Below are positions 25,108 to 37,001 of a DNA stretch of 64,000 bases, piece after piece; within the stretch, counting starts at the first letter, position 1; each line of letters starts with the position of its first letter. The DNA lies in assembly GCA_965112735.1 (NCBI GenBank), contig OZ218957.1, positions 558,001 to 622,000 of the forward strand, written 5' to 3'. The notes below the pieces were generated by a model that ran no database searches, was not told where the DNA came from, and saw only the letters and a program-made list of their open reading frames with translations. The position numbers and the translations under genes were made by a program. This stretch comes from Phaeosaccion multiseriatum. Taxonomy: Eukaryota > Protista > Ochrophyta, other classes.

Positions 25108-27821
25108 CATCTCGGGCGGGCAGAGGGGAGGACACAGAAAGCCTCTAGCGACAAGCCCCTAGCCGCGTATTCCACAGGGTGGGAGAGGGGGGCAGGGGGG
25201 CGGGGCGAGTGGGTCAAGACAAGGACACGCACGCCACCACGCCACCCTGACCCCTGCGCCCTTGTCTACGCTGTTTCATTTGAGCTCTGCCCTTTGCTCT
25301 CTTCCCTCTGCTGCACTGTCCTGACGCCTGACACTACGACACCAGGTACTGCCTGACTGCCTGCCTGACTGACTGACACAAGGCACTGACTGAAACCAGG
25401 CACTGACGAAGACAAGGCACTAACTGACACCAGGCACTGACTGACACCAGGCACTGGCTGACACCAGGCACCGACTGCCTAACAAACCAGCAACTTACAC
25501 TCGGTACTAACCTGCTCGCTGATGGTCCTCGCAGCGATGTCCTCTTTCTTCCTTGCCCTCACGCTGTTCGCCTCTTGTCGGCCCAGGGCGCCTCGCATCC
25601 GCCGCTGCAGCAGAGTGGCGGCTTGCATCTGTGACGGCGTCAACACAAGCGAACAAGGGGAGAGAGAGAAGAGAGAAGAGAGAGGAGAGAGAATGCAGAA
25701 ACAGTTAGCTACTGCTGCTGTCGCCGCTGCTGTTTAGACCTTCTTCTGAAGGCCTTCGTAGGCCTATACAAATTTACCTCAAAAGCCGCACACGCCTGCT
25801 CTCCCCACGCAAGCACGCAAGCACGCACGCACACACGCACTTACCTGTCGTATACGAGCGACCCTCTTCCTTGCCAAGAAGCCCCTGGCGAGTGTCTGTA
25901 TGACCACTGAAGCAGCGTGCTCCTCTCTCGTGCGTAGGACGGTGGTGCCTTCCTCCCACACGGTGAACCCACGGCTTACCTGTGGAGGGGAAGGGGAGGT
26001 GGGAAGGGAAGAGAGAGAGGGGGGGGGGGGTCAGGGAGAGAAATAGGGAGATGCGGGTAAGGGCCAAAGAGATTGTATGGGGCAAGATAGAGAAAGGAAG
26101 GAAGGAAGGAAGGAAGGAACGAACGAAGGAACGAAGGAACGAAGGAAGGAAGGAAGGGAGGCTAAAGAATAGAAAAAGAATCCGAGACGTAACCCGGGGA
26201 AAACCGAGCTTCAAACGCTCTCCATGGCAACCTTGCCGTATGCCTCTACCGCACCGTACCTGAAGCTGTGCGCGAGTGCCGAGCATGTGCAGAAGGGTCC
26301 CTGCCGCCCGGTACTTGAGGAACTGTGCGGAGATCTCCTGATTGCACACAAAGGCCCGAAACTGTCGCCACCTTCTCAGCCTCGCGGCCAATCGATCCCT
26401 CTCGCTCCGCTCACAAATGGCTAACAGCTTCTCGGCTGCCCACTTGCGGCAGAAGCCCTTCGCCCGTGCCGTCAGTCGCGGCCGTGTGCCTCCTGCTGAC
26501 TCTGCCCCTCCCTCCTGCTTCTGCTGCTGCTGCTGCTGCTCGAGCTCTGCCGCCTCTCGCCCTACGTGAGAGTTGACCCATGCTACATTGGACCTCACAT
26601 GCGAGGTGATGTCTTCCAAGCCCGCCTTGGTGCTCTCGAGCTCTGCACGCAGCTGAAGAATTGCCTCCACGTTGGGGGGGAACGCTCCCATAGCCCCTCC
26701 TCCTGACCCCCCTCCTCCTCCTCCTCGTGCTTCTCCCCCTCCTTCGCTTCCGCCTCTACTCGGAAGAAAGGAGAAGGAAACAGTAGTAGGAGGCGCCGCA
26801 GCATCCCCCGGATACGCTGCCTGGCCCAGGTAGTTCTCCTGCTCCTGCTTCGCTTGCTGCAGAGCTGCCGCCACCGTCCCTCCTCTCTGAATAGACTCCG
26901 GCCGTCGTATCACCGGCTGCTGCGTCTGCGTCTGCGGCTGCTGCTGCGGCTGCTGCGGCTGCTGCGCCTGCTGCGCCTGCTGCTCGCTGTGGTGGTGGTG
27001 GTGGTGCTTCCCAGCAGTGGAGGGGTTCCCCCTTTTTCCCCTGGTGCTCTGGCGCTGACGCATCTGCCTCTTGCTCTGGACACGCACACCACCACTCACC
27101 CTGAGCCCGGGTAGGGGAGATTCTCCTCCTGCACTGGACAGTGTAGCCCCACCCTCCCGACTCCCCAGCGCCACAGCAGCCCCCACCTCTCTCTCACAGC
27201 CGCCCCCTCTCACCCCCCCTCCCCCTCCCCTGCGCTCCGCTGCCGCACTGTAGCTGACGACGGGCGGGTCTTCCCACCCCAAGTGCTTGGCCATTGCTGA
27301 GGTCCGCACCAGGGCAGACAAGGCGTCAATGACCTTGGCCACGTCTGCACACTTGGCACACTTGGGCTGAGGAGCAGCAGCAGCTGAGAAGGGTGTGGTT
27401 TCTGTGTCGGGATTGTCTCCTTCTGTCGGCGTTGGCGATGAAGCTACGGCGGCGGCGGCGGCGCCAGAAATGGCGTACTCAATACTTTCTATGGGCAGCG
27501 GGATACCCAAGCCGCTTATGATGGTCCTCAGGGCCCCCGTCTCCATCTGTACGGGAGGGCGTGGGGGGTCCTGTGGGGGGGGGGCGTGGCAACCTAGTGC
27601 CATCTCCAGGCTCTCTCTTGTCGCGTTGGAAACTCGCTCTGCCTCCCTCAGTGCGTATTCCATGCGGTCTACGCCCTGTAACGTCATCGCTCCCCCCCAT
27701 GCCCGCTGCTGCTGCAGACGCTGCTCCATCCGGAAGTCCTTCAACTGTCGTCTCCTCTCCTGCTCGTGACGCCGCTGCTGCCGCTCCTGCCGCAGCCGCT
27801 CTTGCTTCCAGTGCGGGTGAG

Positions 27822-27868
<47 letters not shown>

Positions 27869-28290
27869 CGCCTTCGCTTCTTGCTTCTGGAAGGGAGGAA
27901 AGAGGCGGGCACGTCGCTGATCGTTCCGCCCCTCTCTTGGTGCCTGCTGCTGTGGTGTCTGCTACTGCCGCTAGAAACCAGCCCCGAAAGACCCACTCTC
28001 TCCATCAGCTCCTCTCTGGACCCCATGACGGGAACGCCCCCGAACATGGACACGCCCAGGACACTGCAGAGAGAGTTGAGGTCGAGAAGGTTGGGCACTG
28101 AGGCCGAAGACGGGCCTCTCCCCTTACTACCAGTACCACTCACAGTGTGGCTCATGCGCCGCTTCCTCCCCTTCCCCGCCGACGATATCACTGACGAATG
28201 CTGCAGGAACAGCCCCCCGGATGGGTAATGCTCTGTCTCTTCATCCTCCTCCTCCTCGTGATTGGCAGGAAATGAGGAGGTGCCGAACAT
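18597..28290 (-). CDS. Large multi-exon protein: low-complexity N-terminus, about 10 IQ calmodulin-binding motifs, long Glu/Lys/Arg coiled coil, three C-terminal WW domains
   Basis: IQ-like motifs ([67 protein letters not shown] etc.); WW domains [27 protein letters not shown] (split by a phase-1 intron), [47 protein letters not shown]; start uncertain (ATG 28290 or 28314). Confidence 0.85.
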
Positions 28291-28576
28291 GCTGCTGGGG
28301 GCACGCAACAACATAACTATTCGCCGGTCTATTTTTCGAACGTTCTTACGCACTAATCCTAGTGCCCGCCGTAAGGTCAGCCCCAACCAAGGGCCATTGA
28401 CGCTGCGCCTGGCTTTGCCTATTTTTTAACTCGATCATTTTCCGCGAAACGCTCGAAGAACCAACGCTCTTACGTTCACAGATGGCTGAATATCGAATGT
28501 CTCGACTTCAAAAGTCGATCGCTACCGGCGGAGCGTGAGCTTGATCTGAGCTTTTACTTTACATAACACACACATC
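28291..28576. promoter_or_regulatory. Putative bidirectional promoter between divergent IQ/WW gene and 4-TM gene
   Basis: Under 300 bp of repeat-free DNA between two divergent start codons. Confidence 0.5.
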
Positions 28577-30180
28577 ATGACCGATCAAGTGTCTGCTGCG
28601 TACCACCGCTTCCTGGAGAAGCAGCACGAGCCGCAGTACATGAGGAATGTGATCATTGGGCTTTCCGCGGTGATGATTGTGAGTGTGCGAGGATGCACGA
28701 AGGTTGGAGGGCGTTGTTAAACCCAGGAGACAGAGAGAGGAGAGAAGAAAGAGTTGGGGGACGCATAAGAGGGGATGATATTTAGGGACAGGTTTTCGAG
28801 GAGAGGCATGTCGCCTGGCTGAGGAGTAGAGCAGGTTTGGTGTCCGAAGAGGCGGGGAGAGAACAAGGAAGAAAGGGAAGGAAAAGGGGGGGGCAAGGTT
28901 GGGACCGTGTCTCTCGTAGTGCACTGCAAGGGGGCCGGTCTCCCAATAGAGAAGACGGTGCGGTTTGCTGTGCTTCATGCTGAGAGCGAGCGCTAGAGAG
29001 CCCGGGCCTTGGTCCGGGCGTGGAGGCGGGATGAATCGTGTACCCAACGACTTACGACTTGTGCTCGTGGCGAGAGCGTGATGGCCCGCTGGTCCCTCAG
29101 GAGGCTATGGCATCGTTTCCTAGGCTGTCCGGTATGCAGTGAGTATCTCTTGCTTGTTCTCTCGAAGAGCTGGTCCCTCACACCCACCCCCCCCTTGCCC
29201 CTTCCTCGCGTCACCCCCCGCCGCTTGCCCACCCCACCTATTCCCTACCCTACTTATGGGCAGTTCTTTACCCTGCCCTTCATGATCTGCACCTTCGTGG
29301 CCGCCAGTACAGCCAATCAGGGCTTTAACGTCGTGCTCACGGGCCTCCTCCTCCTCGTGTGGGAGGTCGGCACCATCGCCCTCATGAAGAAGGGGCCGCA
29401 GCCCATGTCGGTACGTACGTGTGTACTTACGTAAAACGAGGTGGTTAGATACCGATACTTGCTAACCTCCCTAGATAGCAGCCCCATCCCCCCTCTTCTT
29501 GCTTGCCTTCTCCTTCTCCAAGCAGGCATAACATTGCCCCCCCCCCCCCCCCAATCCACACTCACCGCTCCCTCTTCCTCCTCCTCCTCCTTCTTCTTCT
29601 TCTTCTTCTTCTTCTTCTTCTTCTTCTTCTTCTTCTTCTTCTTCTTCTTCTTCTTCTTCTTCTTCTTCTTCTTCTTCTTCTTCTTCTTCTTCTTCACAGC
29701 ACGGCGCGCTCATCGGAGTGTCAGTTGTGTTTTTCTTCCTCACCTTCCAAACAGCCGTGTACTGGGGACAAATGGCAGGCTGTGACGACTCGTCAGATTA
29801 CTCAGACGTGGATCAATACACGTGTGAGAACAAGGCGGCCATGAGGGGCGTTTGTGCCTTTGCCGTACTCATTTGGCTCGTTCAGGTTAGTGAGATGTGC
29901 TCCTTGGAAGGGGGGGGAGGCAGGAAGAGGAAGGAGGGAGGGAGGGAGGGAGGGAGCGAGGGCGAGTATGTGAATGAGAGTGACTGAGCGAGGGAGCGAG
30001 TGAGGGAGTGAGTGAGTACCACAGCACCCCTGCTCGAACCACAGTGATCGACTCTCATTTCCTTTTAGGGCCTTACTTGAGCTGAGTCGATCTTTTTTTG
30101 AAGCGTTCCTACATAGGATCTCCCTTGTCACACACTTCATCTCTCTCCCTCTCTGCCCCTGCCCCCCCCCGCCCCCCCCT

Positions 30181-30243
<63 letters not shown>

Positions 30244-31145
30244 CTTCGTGTGTTTCAACTATCTCCCCCCTCCGAACGAACGTCAACGAATGGTGATACA
30301 GCTCCCGTTCACAGCACTAGTGATCCAACACCGGAACACGGTCATTAAGGAGGCAAGCTATGATGACATGGGGCCTGCGGGACAGGACTACGCCTACGAC
30401 CAGGTGAGGGAGGGAGGGAGAGAGTCGAGGGAGGGAGGGAGGCAGGCAGGGAGGGAGGCAGGGAGGGAGGGAGGGAGGGAGGGAGGGAGGGAGAGAGAGG
30501 TTGAGGGAAGGACGGAGGGAGGGAGGGAGGGAGGGACGAAGGAAGGGAGGGAGGGAGAGCTTCAGTGAGACAGGAAATGCGTGGGTTACTCAGTGCGTGA
30601 GGGAAGACGTGAGCGAGTGAGTCAGTGAGTGAGTGAGTGCGGGAGTTGAGTACGGACAGAAATAGAGCGAGATAGGCAGGGATCGCACGCGCCTTCTTCA
30701 GATTTCGTGCCGACGTAGGCGAGCGGCCTATCCATGTACAAGTGTATCTTTCCATCTATCCATCTATCCATCTATCTATCCGTCTATCTATCCGTCTATC
30801 TATCAATCAATCCATCTATCCATCTGTCTTTCTGTCGTGGCGAATTCAGCGCTCGCTCTGAATGCAGAAACAAAGTGCTTGTAGCTTCCTTTTGCTGTGC
30901 TCTCTTTTTCTCTCTCTCTGTGCCTGCCCCCTCTGACTGACTGATTGACTGACTGACTGACTGACTTGCTTTGGTCTTCTCTTCCGCTGCTCTCCATCCC
31001 CACTCACACGCACATCCATGTATCTCTTACAATACTTTCTTCTCCGTTTCTGCTTCAGAACTCGGGGGGCAACACCTATGGCTACGCAGGCCCACCCGCC
31101 ACTGGAGCAGCAGGAGGTGGCGTCGACTCTACTCAGGACCTCTAA
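28577..31145 (+). CDS. Small ~4-TM membrane protein with a Cys-bracketed loop and a Tyr/Gly-rich cytosolic tail (tetraspan/MARVEL-like topology)
   Basis: Five exons (28577-28678, 29264-29410, ~29700-29885, ~30302-30403, ~31059-31145) splice in frame: MTDQVSAAY...VIIGLSAVMIFFTLPFMICTFVAA..FNVVLTGLLLLVWEVG..GALIGVSVVFFFLTFQTAVYWGQMAGC..YTCENKAAMRGVCAFAVLIWLVQLPFTALV..YDDMG..YAYDQ..TQDL*. Confidence 0.85.
29575..29695. repeat. (TTC)n microsatellite acting as intronic polypyrimidine tract
   Basis: Tandem TTC immediately upstream of CAG acceptor. Confidence 0.9.
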
Positions 31146-31443
31146 TCGTCTAAACGGCAGCAATAGGGAGAGGAGAAGGAAGAGGGGGGTTCACCGGAAC
31201 CTCGGGCTGGGGTAGAACATTTCGGCAGTGAGTGCGTGCGACGGTGCGTGAGTGCTTGCGTGCGTGCGTGGGTGGGTGGGTGGGTGGGTGGGTGAGCATG
31301 AGATGGCAGGCACATGTGGTTGCAAGGAAGGACCAAGGGCATCGTGTGGAGCTGGCCCTGTTTCAGGTTCAGTTTCGATTTCTTTTTGTACACCGCTTGT
31401 TCACCTCTGCTGTTACATGAATCGGCACTGAAGAGAAGCGCAC

Positions 31444-31482
<39 letters not shown>

Positions 31483-32480
31483 GGGGGGGAGGGGAGGAGG
31501 GGGGTCGAAACAGTAGGGCTGAGACACCCTCTGGACTCTCATGCTCCCTCAGCACGGCGAGGAGTGAGGAGGTGGAGAGATGCGCTGGCGGGAGGTGAGG
31601 TACTGTGAGGAGAGGGGATGGCAGTGGATGGCAGGAAGGTGGCAGTGTATGGTAGCAGATGATTGGGGATGGTAGCAGATGGCAGAGACCTGCCACTGTG
31701 TCACCTTCGTTCCTTCTCTCACCAGGGCCCACTCTCTGGCCGCCCTCGTTTCCGTGAGGGATGGGGGGGAGGGGAGGGGAGGGGAGGAGAGAGGAGAGGT
31801 GACCACGTGAGGGTGCTCCTGGGGCGGGCGTGGGTGTGGCAACGCGTGCTACGCTGTGCTTGGAAGAGGCGGTCTCGTCAGTTTCGTCCAGGAAGGGGTC
31901 GGCATGCGGGCGTGGCAAATGCCCTCTCTGCTGCCGACCCTCCACATTTTTGATGCGTGCTGAGCATCTGCGCTTGTGGCGGATGAAGTTCGTTCGGTGC
32001 AGAGTAGGGGGGGTGGGGAGGGGGGAGGGGAGAGCGTGTATGTGTAGCCGGAATGGGATGGGAGGGGTTGATCTAGTGGGGTCAACCGCCGAGTGTGCGT
32101 ATACCTCTCTCCTCTTACCCAGAAACCCCAACCAGCACTGAGGAATAGAATGAATGAATTCATGTCATACAATTTCAAAGTTTTAATTTTTTAGCAGCGA
32201 TTCACCCTTCGATGAGGACGGAGAGGGTACGAAATGTTATATACGGAGAGGGTACGTACGTAATCTTCCATGATGATCCTGCTTCCGTGGAGGGGACGCA
32301 GGCTATGCCTTGCCCCGAAAGCCCCCTCTTGCTCTGGGGCGCCTCTCAGCAGGGCCAGAGGGCCTTCGTGGCTCATCCACCCTCCCTTCACGCCCAACCA
32401 CAAGTCAGAAAGGCAGCAGGGGCAGCTGTAGAGGGCCATTCTTCACCGTTGTGTCCTCTGCCTCAGGCCGAGCTTCTGCC

Positions 32481-33611
32481 TCATTCCTGGCAGTGGCAGG
32501 GGTGTCCATTGGCATGTACCCACTGCTTCATCTCCTCAAAGGTATCGGTGTCAATATCCCACTCTCTACCGTAACCGGCTTCACGCAAGCCCCGCTCCCT
32601 GATGAGCTGTGGGCACGACCTTTCGTCCCACGGGCACTGCACTGCCTCTGACCGGAGCCACTTAAGCGTCGCCAGGCTCTTGGCGTTCATGACTGCAGCC
32701 TGACAGACCGCCGCATCCCAGCGGCAGAGGTGGCGGGCCTTGGCGTGGAGGAGCTGCAGCACCCCGAGGCATCCTTGCGAAGCAGCGACGGTAGCCCCCA
32801 AAGGCCAGTATGCGTCTCCATTCTCCTCGTCCAGCAAAGATCTCGTTCGAGGATGGTTGAGCAGGTACTCCACGGCGGGAATGCTACCCCCTCGACACGT
32901 GATAATCCAATCGAAACAGCTAAATGGAGCATTGGCTTCCTTCGAAAGCGACCACTCTAGCATCGCCAGTCTCCCTTTCGCTCCCGCATCTCCACATATA
33001 TAATCACTCCAAGGACACCTTTCCTTCTCAGGAAGATCCTCGGATCGCAGCCACTGGAGAATACTGAGGCCATGCTGCTCATTGTCATTGTACACGGTTT
33101 CGCGACAAACCTCCTGATTCCACGGACAATTTGCTCCGTGCAGGGCCTTGCACACACCAACGTCTCCGTACCTAGCAGCGACTTTGAAGACCTTCACAGT
33201 GAGCTCCAGGCCCTGCTTTATCGCCCATCTCACATGCTCCGCACAGCTGACCACAGACGAAATGTTTGTCTTCAAAGCTGGGTACAAATGGGTATAGCGG
33301 GCCCTCCACTCCTTGCTCGTATCAGCCAAAAAGAGGAAGTGCCCCTCTCCCACGGGCTCCATCACGACCTGAAGCAAGTCGAGCTTCAAGGCCTCGTGGC
33401 AAGCTTCAAACAGCACCTCGTTCCCTCCTTTTTCGGATACCGCAAACCCTCCATCGTCGCTTGACTCAGCCTCGTCTGCCTCAGAGTCTGATGGAGGCGT
33501 ACTTCCGTCCTCATGCCCAACCCCACCAGCGGCAGCATCATCCTCGGTGCCTGCTGCAGACTTGAGCCGTTTCACCGTGCCCTCCTCTTGCTCCTCGGCA
33601 GTGCGCTGCAT
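32481..33611 (-). CDS. Intronless 376-aa degenerate ankyrin-like repeat protein ('CPWD' type) with F-box-like N-terminal segment
   Basis: Repeats AARYGDVGVCKALHGANCPWN, AGAKGRLAMLEW, RGGSIPAVEYL, AASQGCLGVLQLL..CRWDAAVCQAA, LKWLRSEAVQCPWDE; VMEPVGEGHFLFLADTSKEWR resembles the F-box-like lead-in of this family. Confidence 0.8.
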   Translation of the reverse strand: MQRTAEEQEEGTVKRLKSAAGTEDDAAAGGVGHEDGSTPPSDSEADEAESSDDGGFAVSEKGGNEVLFEACHEALKLDLLQVVMEPVGEGHFLFLADTSKEWRARYTHLYPALKTNISSVVSCAEHVRWAIKQGLELTVKVFKVAARYGDVGVCKALHGANCPWNQEVCRETVYNDNEQHGLSILQWLRSEDLPEKERCPWSDYICGDAGAKGRLAMLEWSLSKEANAPFSCFDWIITCRGGSIPAVEYLLNHPRTRSLLDEENGDAYWPLGATVAASQGCLGVLQLLHAKARHLCRWDAAVCQAAVMNAKSLATLKWLRSEAVQCPWDERSCPQLIRERGLREAGYGREWDIDTDTFEEMKQWVHANGHPCHCQE

Positions 33612-34382
33612 GACTGAGCCGACAGACAGGGAAAGAGTGGTGATGATGATAACACAAGAGAGCGTTTCTTCTTCTCTGCGGGGGGCACTAAGAGCCCTTC
33701 CTTACAGATTCCGCTCGTCGGTGGAGGGAGCACAAGCCAAGACGGCTTTGGGTGTCTAAGACACGAAGCTCCGTTGCTTCCGCACTGCTGGGGCACAAAC
33801 GCGGGTAAAGGGTCGAGCGAGGGAAGAGAGGGAGGAGAAGAGCGACCCAAGGGAATAGCCGCAACTCTCGTCACTTGGAGGAGGAGGGGGGAGGTGGAGG
33901 AGAAAGGAATAATGGAGATGGAGGGGGGAGGGAGCAGCATCTTGGCGGGCATGTTGCCCGCACTGAGAGCAACATGTCATTTTGCTCCCAAAATATGTCA
34001 ATGAATTACTTTTAGACCGAACAAAACGATGGTCCAAAAACAAACAACAAACAACAACGACAACAACACTGCTGTTGGGATTTTGTAACACAACCTCAAC
34101 TCCCCCTTGTATTGTATTGTACTTCGAAGTACTAACGTGTTAAGAGAGAGTTTAAATGTGCCGTTTCACATATCACAAAAGGCATTTGGCAACAATATTG
34201 TAATAATATTAGAATAATAGTAGTGTTTGAAAGGGGGAAAGGAAGAATTTCCTGAGAGCACATCTTTTTCATCGGCTGTAAATGTAGCACTGCTTGACAT
34301 CAATGACGGCCCTGCTTGACATCGCTTGTAGCACTGCCCTAGGTCGATTTCTAACACGAATGCTACCCTGCAGCCAGGGGCG

Positions 34383-34460
34383 GCAGCCGGTGATACAGCA
34401 TCAGTAGTTGGTGATACAGCAGCAGCAGTTGGTGATACAGCAGCAGCAGTTGGTTATACC
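34383..34460 (+). repeat. Four tandem copies of 21-bp unit CAGCAGCAGTTGGTGATACAG
   Basis: Seen directly; same motif is dispersed elsewhere in the window. Confidence 0.9.
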
Positions 34461-34519
34461 TACCGCCTCTGCGTCTTGTCCTTTGCCTTACATCATAGCG
34501 GGAGAGAGCCAAAGCCATC

Positions 34520-34895
34520 TATCCACTACCATCCACCCACTGCCAAAGCCATCCATCCGCTACCATCCACCCACTGCGATAGCTATCCATCCACTACCAT
34601 CCACCCACCACGACAGCTATCCACTACCATCCACCCACTGCGATAGCTATCCATCCACTACCATCCACTCACTAAGATAGCTATCCATCCACTACCATCC
34701 ACCCAGTACGATAGCTATCCATCCACTACCATCCACCCACTGCGATAGTTCTCCATCCACTACCATCCACCCACTAAGATAGCTATCCATCCACTACCAT
34801 CCACCCACTGCGATAGCTATCCATCCACTGCCATCCACCCAATGCGATAGCTATCCATCCACTACCATCCACCCACTGCGAGAAGCTATCCGTCC
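34520..34895 (+). repeat. 34-bp minisatellite (GCTATCCATCCACTACCATCCACCCACTGCGATA), about 10 copies
   Basis: Direct tandem repeats with point variants. Confidence 0.9.
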
Positions 34896-35840
34896 ACCAC
34901 CTCCATTCCTCCGTGCCTCTATCGTTGTCCCCTCGCCTCTTGCACGGCGGCATGGAGATGGGAAGAAGCACCAAGTATGGCGTGAACAACAGTCATTGTG
35001 GGTGAGTCTTTCCTCACTCCCTCACGCTGAGAGACACACACACTCTCTCTCCATCTTCTACACTCTTCTCTCTCTGTCACACACACACACTCTCTCTCTC
35101 TCTCGTCTACACTCTCTTCTCTCTCTCACACACACACTCACTCTCTCATTATCAGCGCCAGTCACGCAACGAGAGCACCCCTCCATCACCAATCCTCCTT
35201 CTCCAATTGCTGCTCCTCGCACAAATACATACAACACACACACTCTCTCACCACAGAGACTAACTCGCACACACACGCACGCACACACACACGCACACAC
35301 ACTCACTTGATTAAGTCCCAGAGGTCGTTGACGTGGTTCGGATTGAACATGGCTGCGAATGGAGTGATCCCGGACCATCATCTCCCTCGTCTGCAGACTA
35401 ATGCCCTCGTTGATGTCCTCCTGCGGCACCACATAGAACTTGACGCGAGTCTTGTTGCGTAGCTAGCTAGCGGGCAACAGCCGGCGCTGCCGCAGCAGGG
35501 CCCATCCCCCCCGCCCCCATGCGTGCCACCCCCCCACCGCCGGCCTCGAGCTGTCCTACTACTCGGACGCCCAGGGCCCGCATTCTTTCCTGCATCCCCT
35601 GGCTGCTCCCCCCCCCCCCCCCCTCGCCTCACAGAACTGCCTAGGGACTTCCTCTGTGACGGTGAGCAGAGCTGGCTCCAACATCGCTTGCAATGTCGCA
35701 CGTTGAGCCCCCTCCATTGTGTACCAAAACCCCGGTCGCAGCTACTACTCCCCCTCATTTATTCTCCCCCAATTCTCGTTACAAAGCCGCCCCCCTGAGA
35801 AGATTCACCGCGTTAGCTGCTTTCAGGGCAGCGACTCCGA

Positions 35841-35997
35841 CTCCTCTTCCAAACCACTGCAAAAGATGTCATCCTATGCCACACCTCTAAGTTTCTGGCG
35901 GGCGATAGAAACTTGGAGGTGTGGCACGCCATGCCACGCCAGAAACTTGGAGGTGTGGCATAGGATGACATCTTGCGCTAGTGGTTTGGAAGAGGAG
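35841..35997. repeat. ~157-bp fold-back element: ~60-bp inverted arms around a ~36-bp spacer
   Basis: 35841-35900 is the near-perfect reverse complement of 35937-35997; the spacer holds an extra copy of AGAAACTTGGAGGTGTGGCA. Confidence 0.9.
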
Positions 35998-37001
35998 CAC
36001 TACTCACTAGGAGGAGAAGGAGGAGGAGGAGGAGGGGCGGGGGGGAGGAAGAAGAGAGAAGAACAAGAGGAGGAGGAGGAGGAGGAGGAGGAGGAGGAGG
36101 AGGAGGAGGAGGAGGAGGAGGAGGAGGGGAGGAGGAGGAGGAGGAGGAGGAGGAGGAGGAGGAGGAGGAGGAGGAGGAGGAGGACGACGAGAAGCAGGAA
36201 GAGGAGGTGCAGGAGGAGGACGAGGAGGAGGATGATCAAGAGGAGGAGGGGCGGGAGGAGCTGGAGCGGGGAGCGAGTCTCGATGGCTGCTGCAGCAGGG
36301 GTAAGTTGAGTGCTGGAGCTGGTGCGTTGGTGTTTCCCTTGCTTTCCCACAACTACCCCAAGAATGTTTCTCAGTGCACCGGCCGCCGCTTTCTTTGTAC
36401 TGTACCTGTGTGGACGAACTCCTCCCTACCTTTGTTTCCTCCTTCCTCCCCTTCTTCCTTCTTATTTCTTGGCCCGCTGGCCACTGGCCGCTCCTCGTCC
36501 TGACCACCTGCCCCGTCGTCGGCCGGCCGGGCCTTGGCACTTCGCTCGGACTGGCTGGCTGCTGTGCCTAGCTCAAGGAGCACTCATCTTCGCTGCCCTG
36601 AATTGCTGCTGCTGCGGCCGGGGCTGTCGTGGAAGCAAAGTGGCGCAACCCCCCCCAAACAACTTCCTCCTCTCCCCTCCTCTTCTCCTCGCTCACTCAA
36701 CTAGGCTACTAGCTATTGGCTGCTACGGCTGTGGCAGCTCGTCAACGAGAACTGCCCTCCTGCTCTGCTCCTGCTGCCCCTTTTTGAGGCGCTGTTGCGG
36801 GACTTCTTGTGAATGCGGAGGCGGCCTGGAAAATAGAAAGAAGGCCGAGATTCTTAACGTTTCATTATTTTTGTACCCCTTGCTTGGTTTTGACGAGTTT
36901 GGTTTTGACAAGTAAAGAACAAACAAAAATTAAGCAGCGTGCTCCCCGCCCGGCCCCCTCGTGACCATTCGTTTACCAAGTGTGCATTCTCACGGCTGAC
37001 C

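Noticed and set aside
31142-32131. 329-aa minus-strand ORF
   Set aside because: Largely repeat-derived, no recognisable domain or consistent splice model
34520-34895. 34-bp repeats as a CRISPR array
   Set aside because: Head-to-tail with no spacers, eukaryotic context, no cas genes
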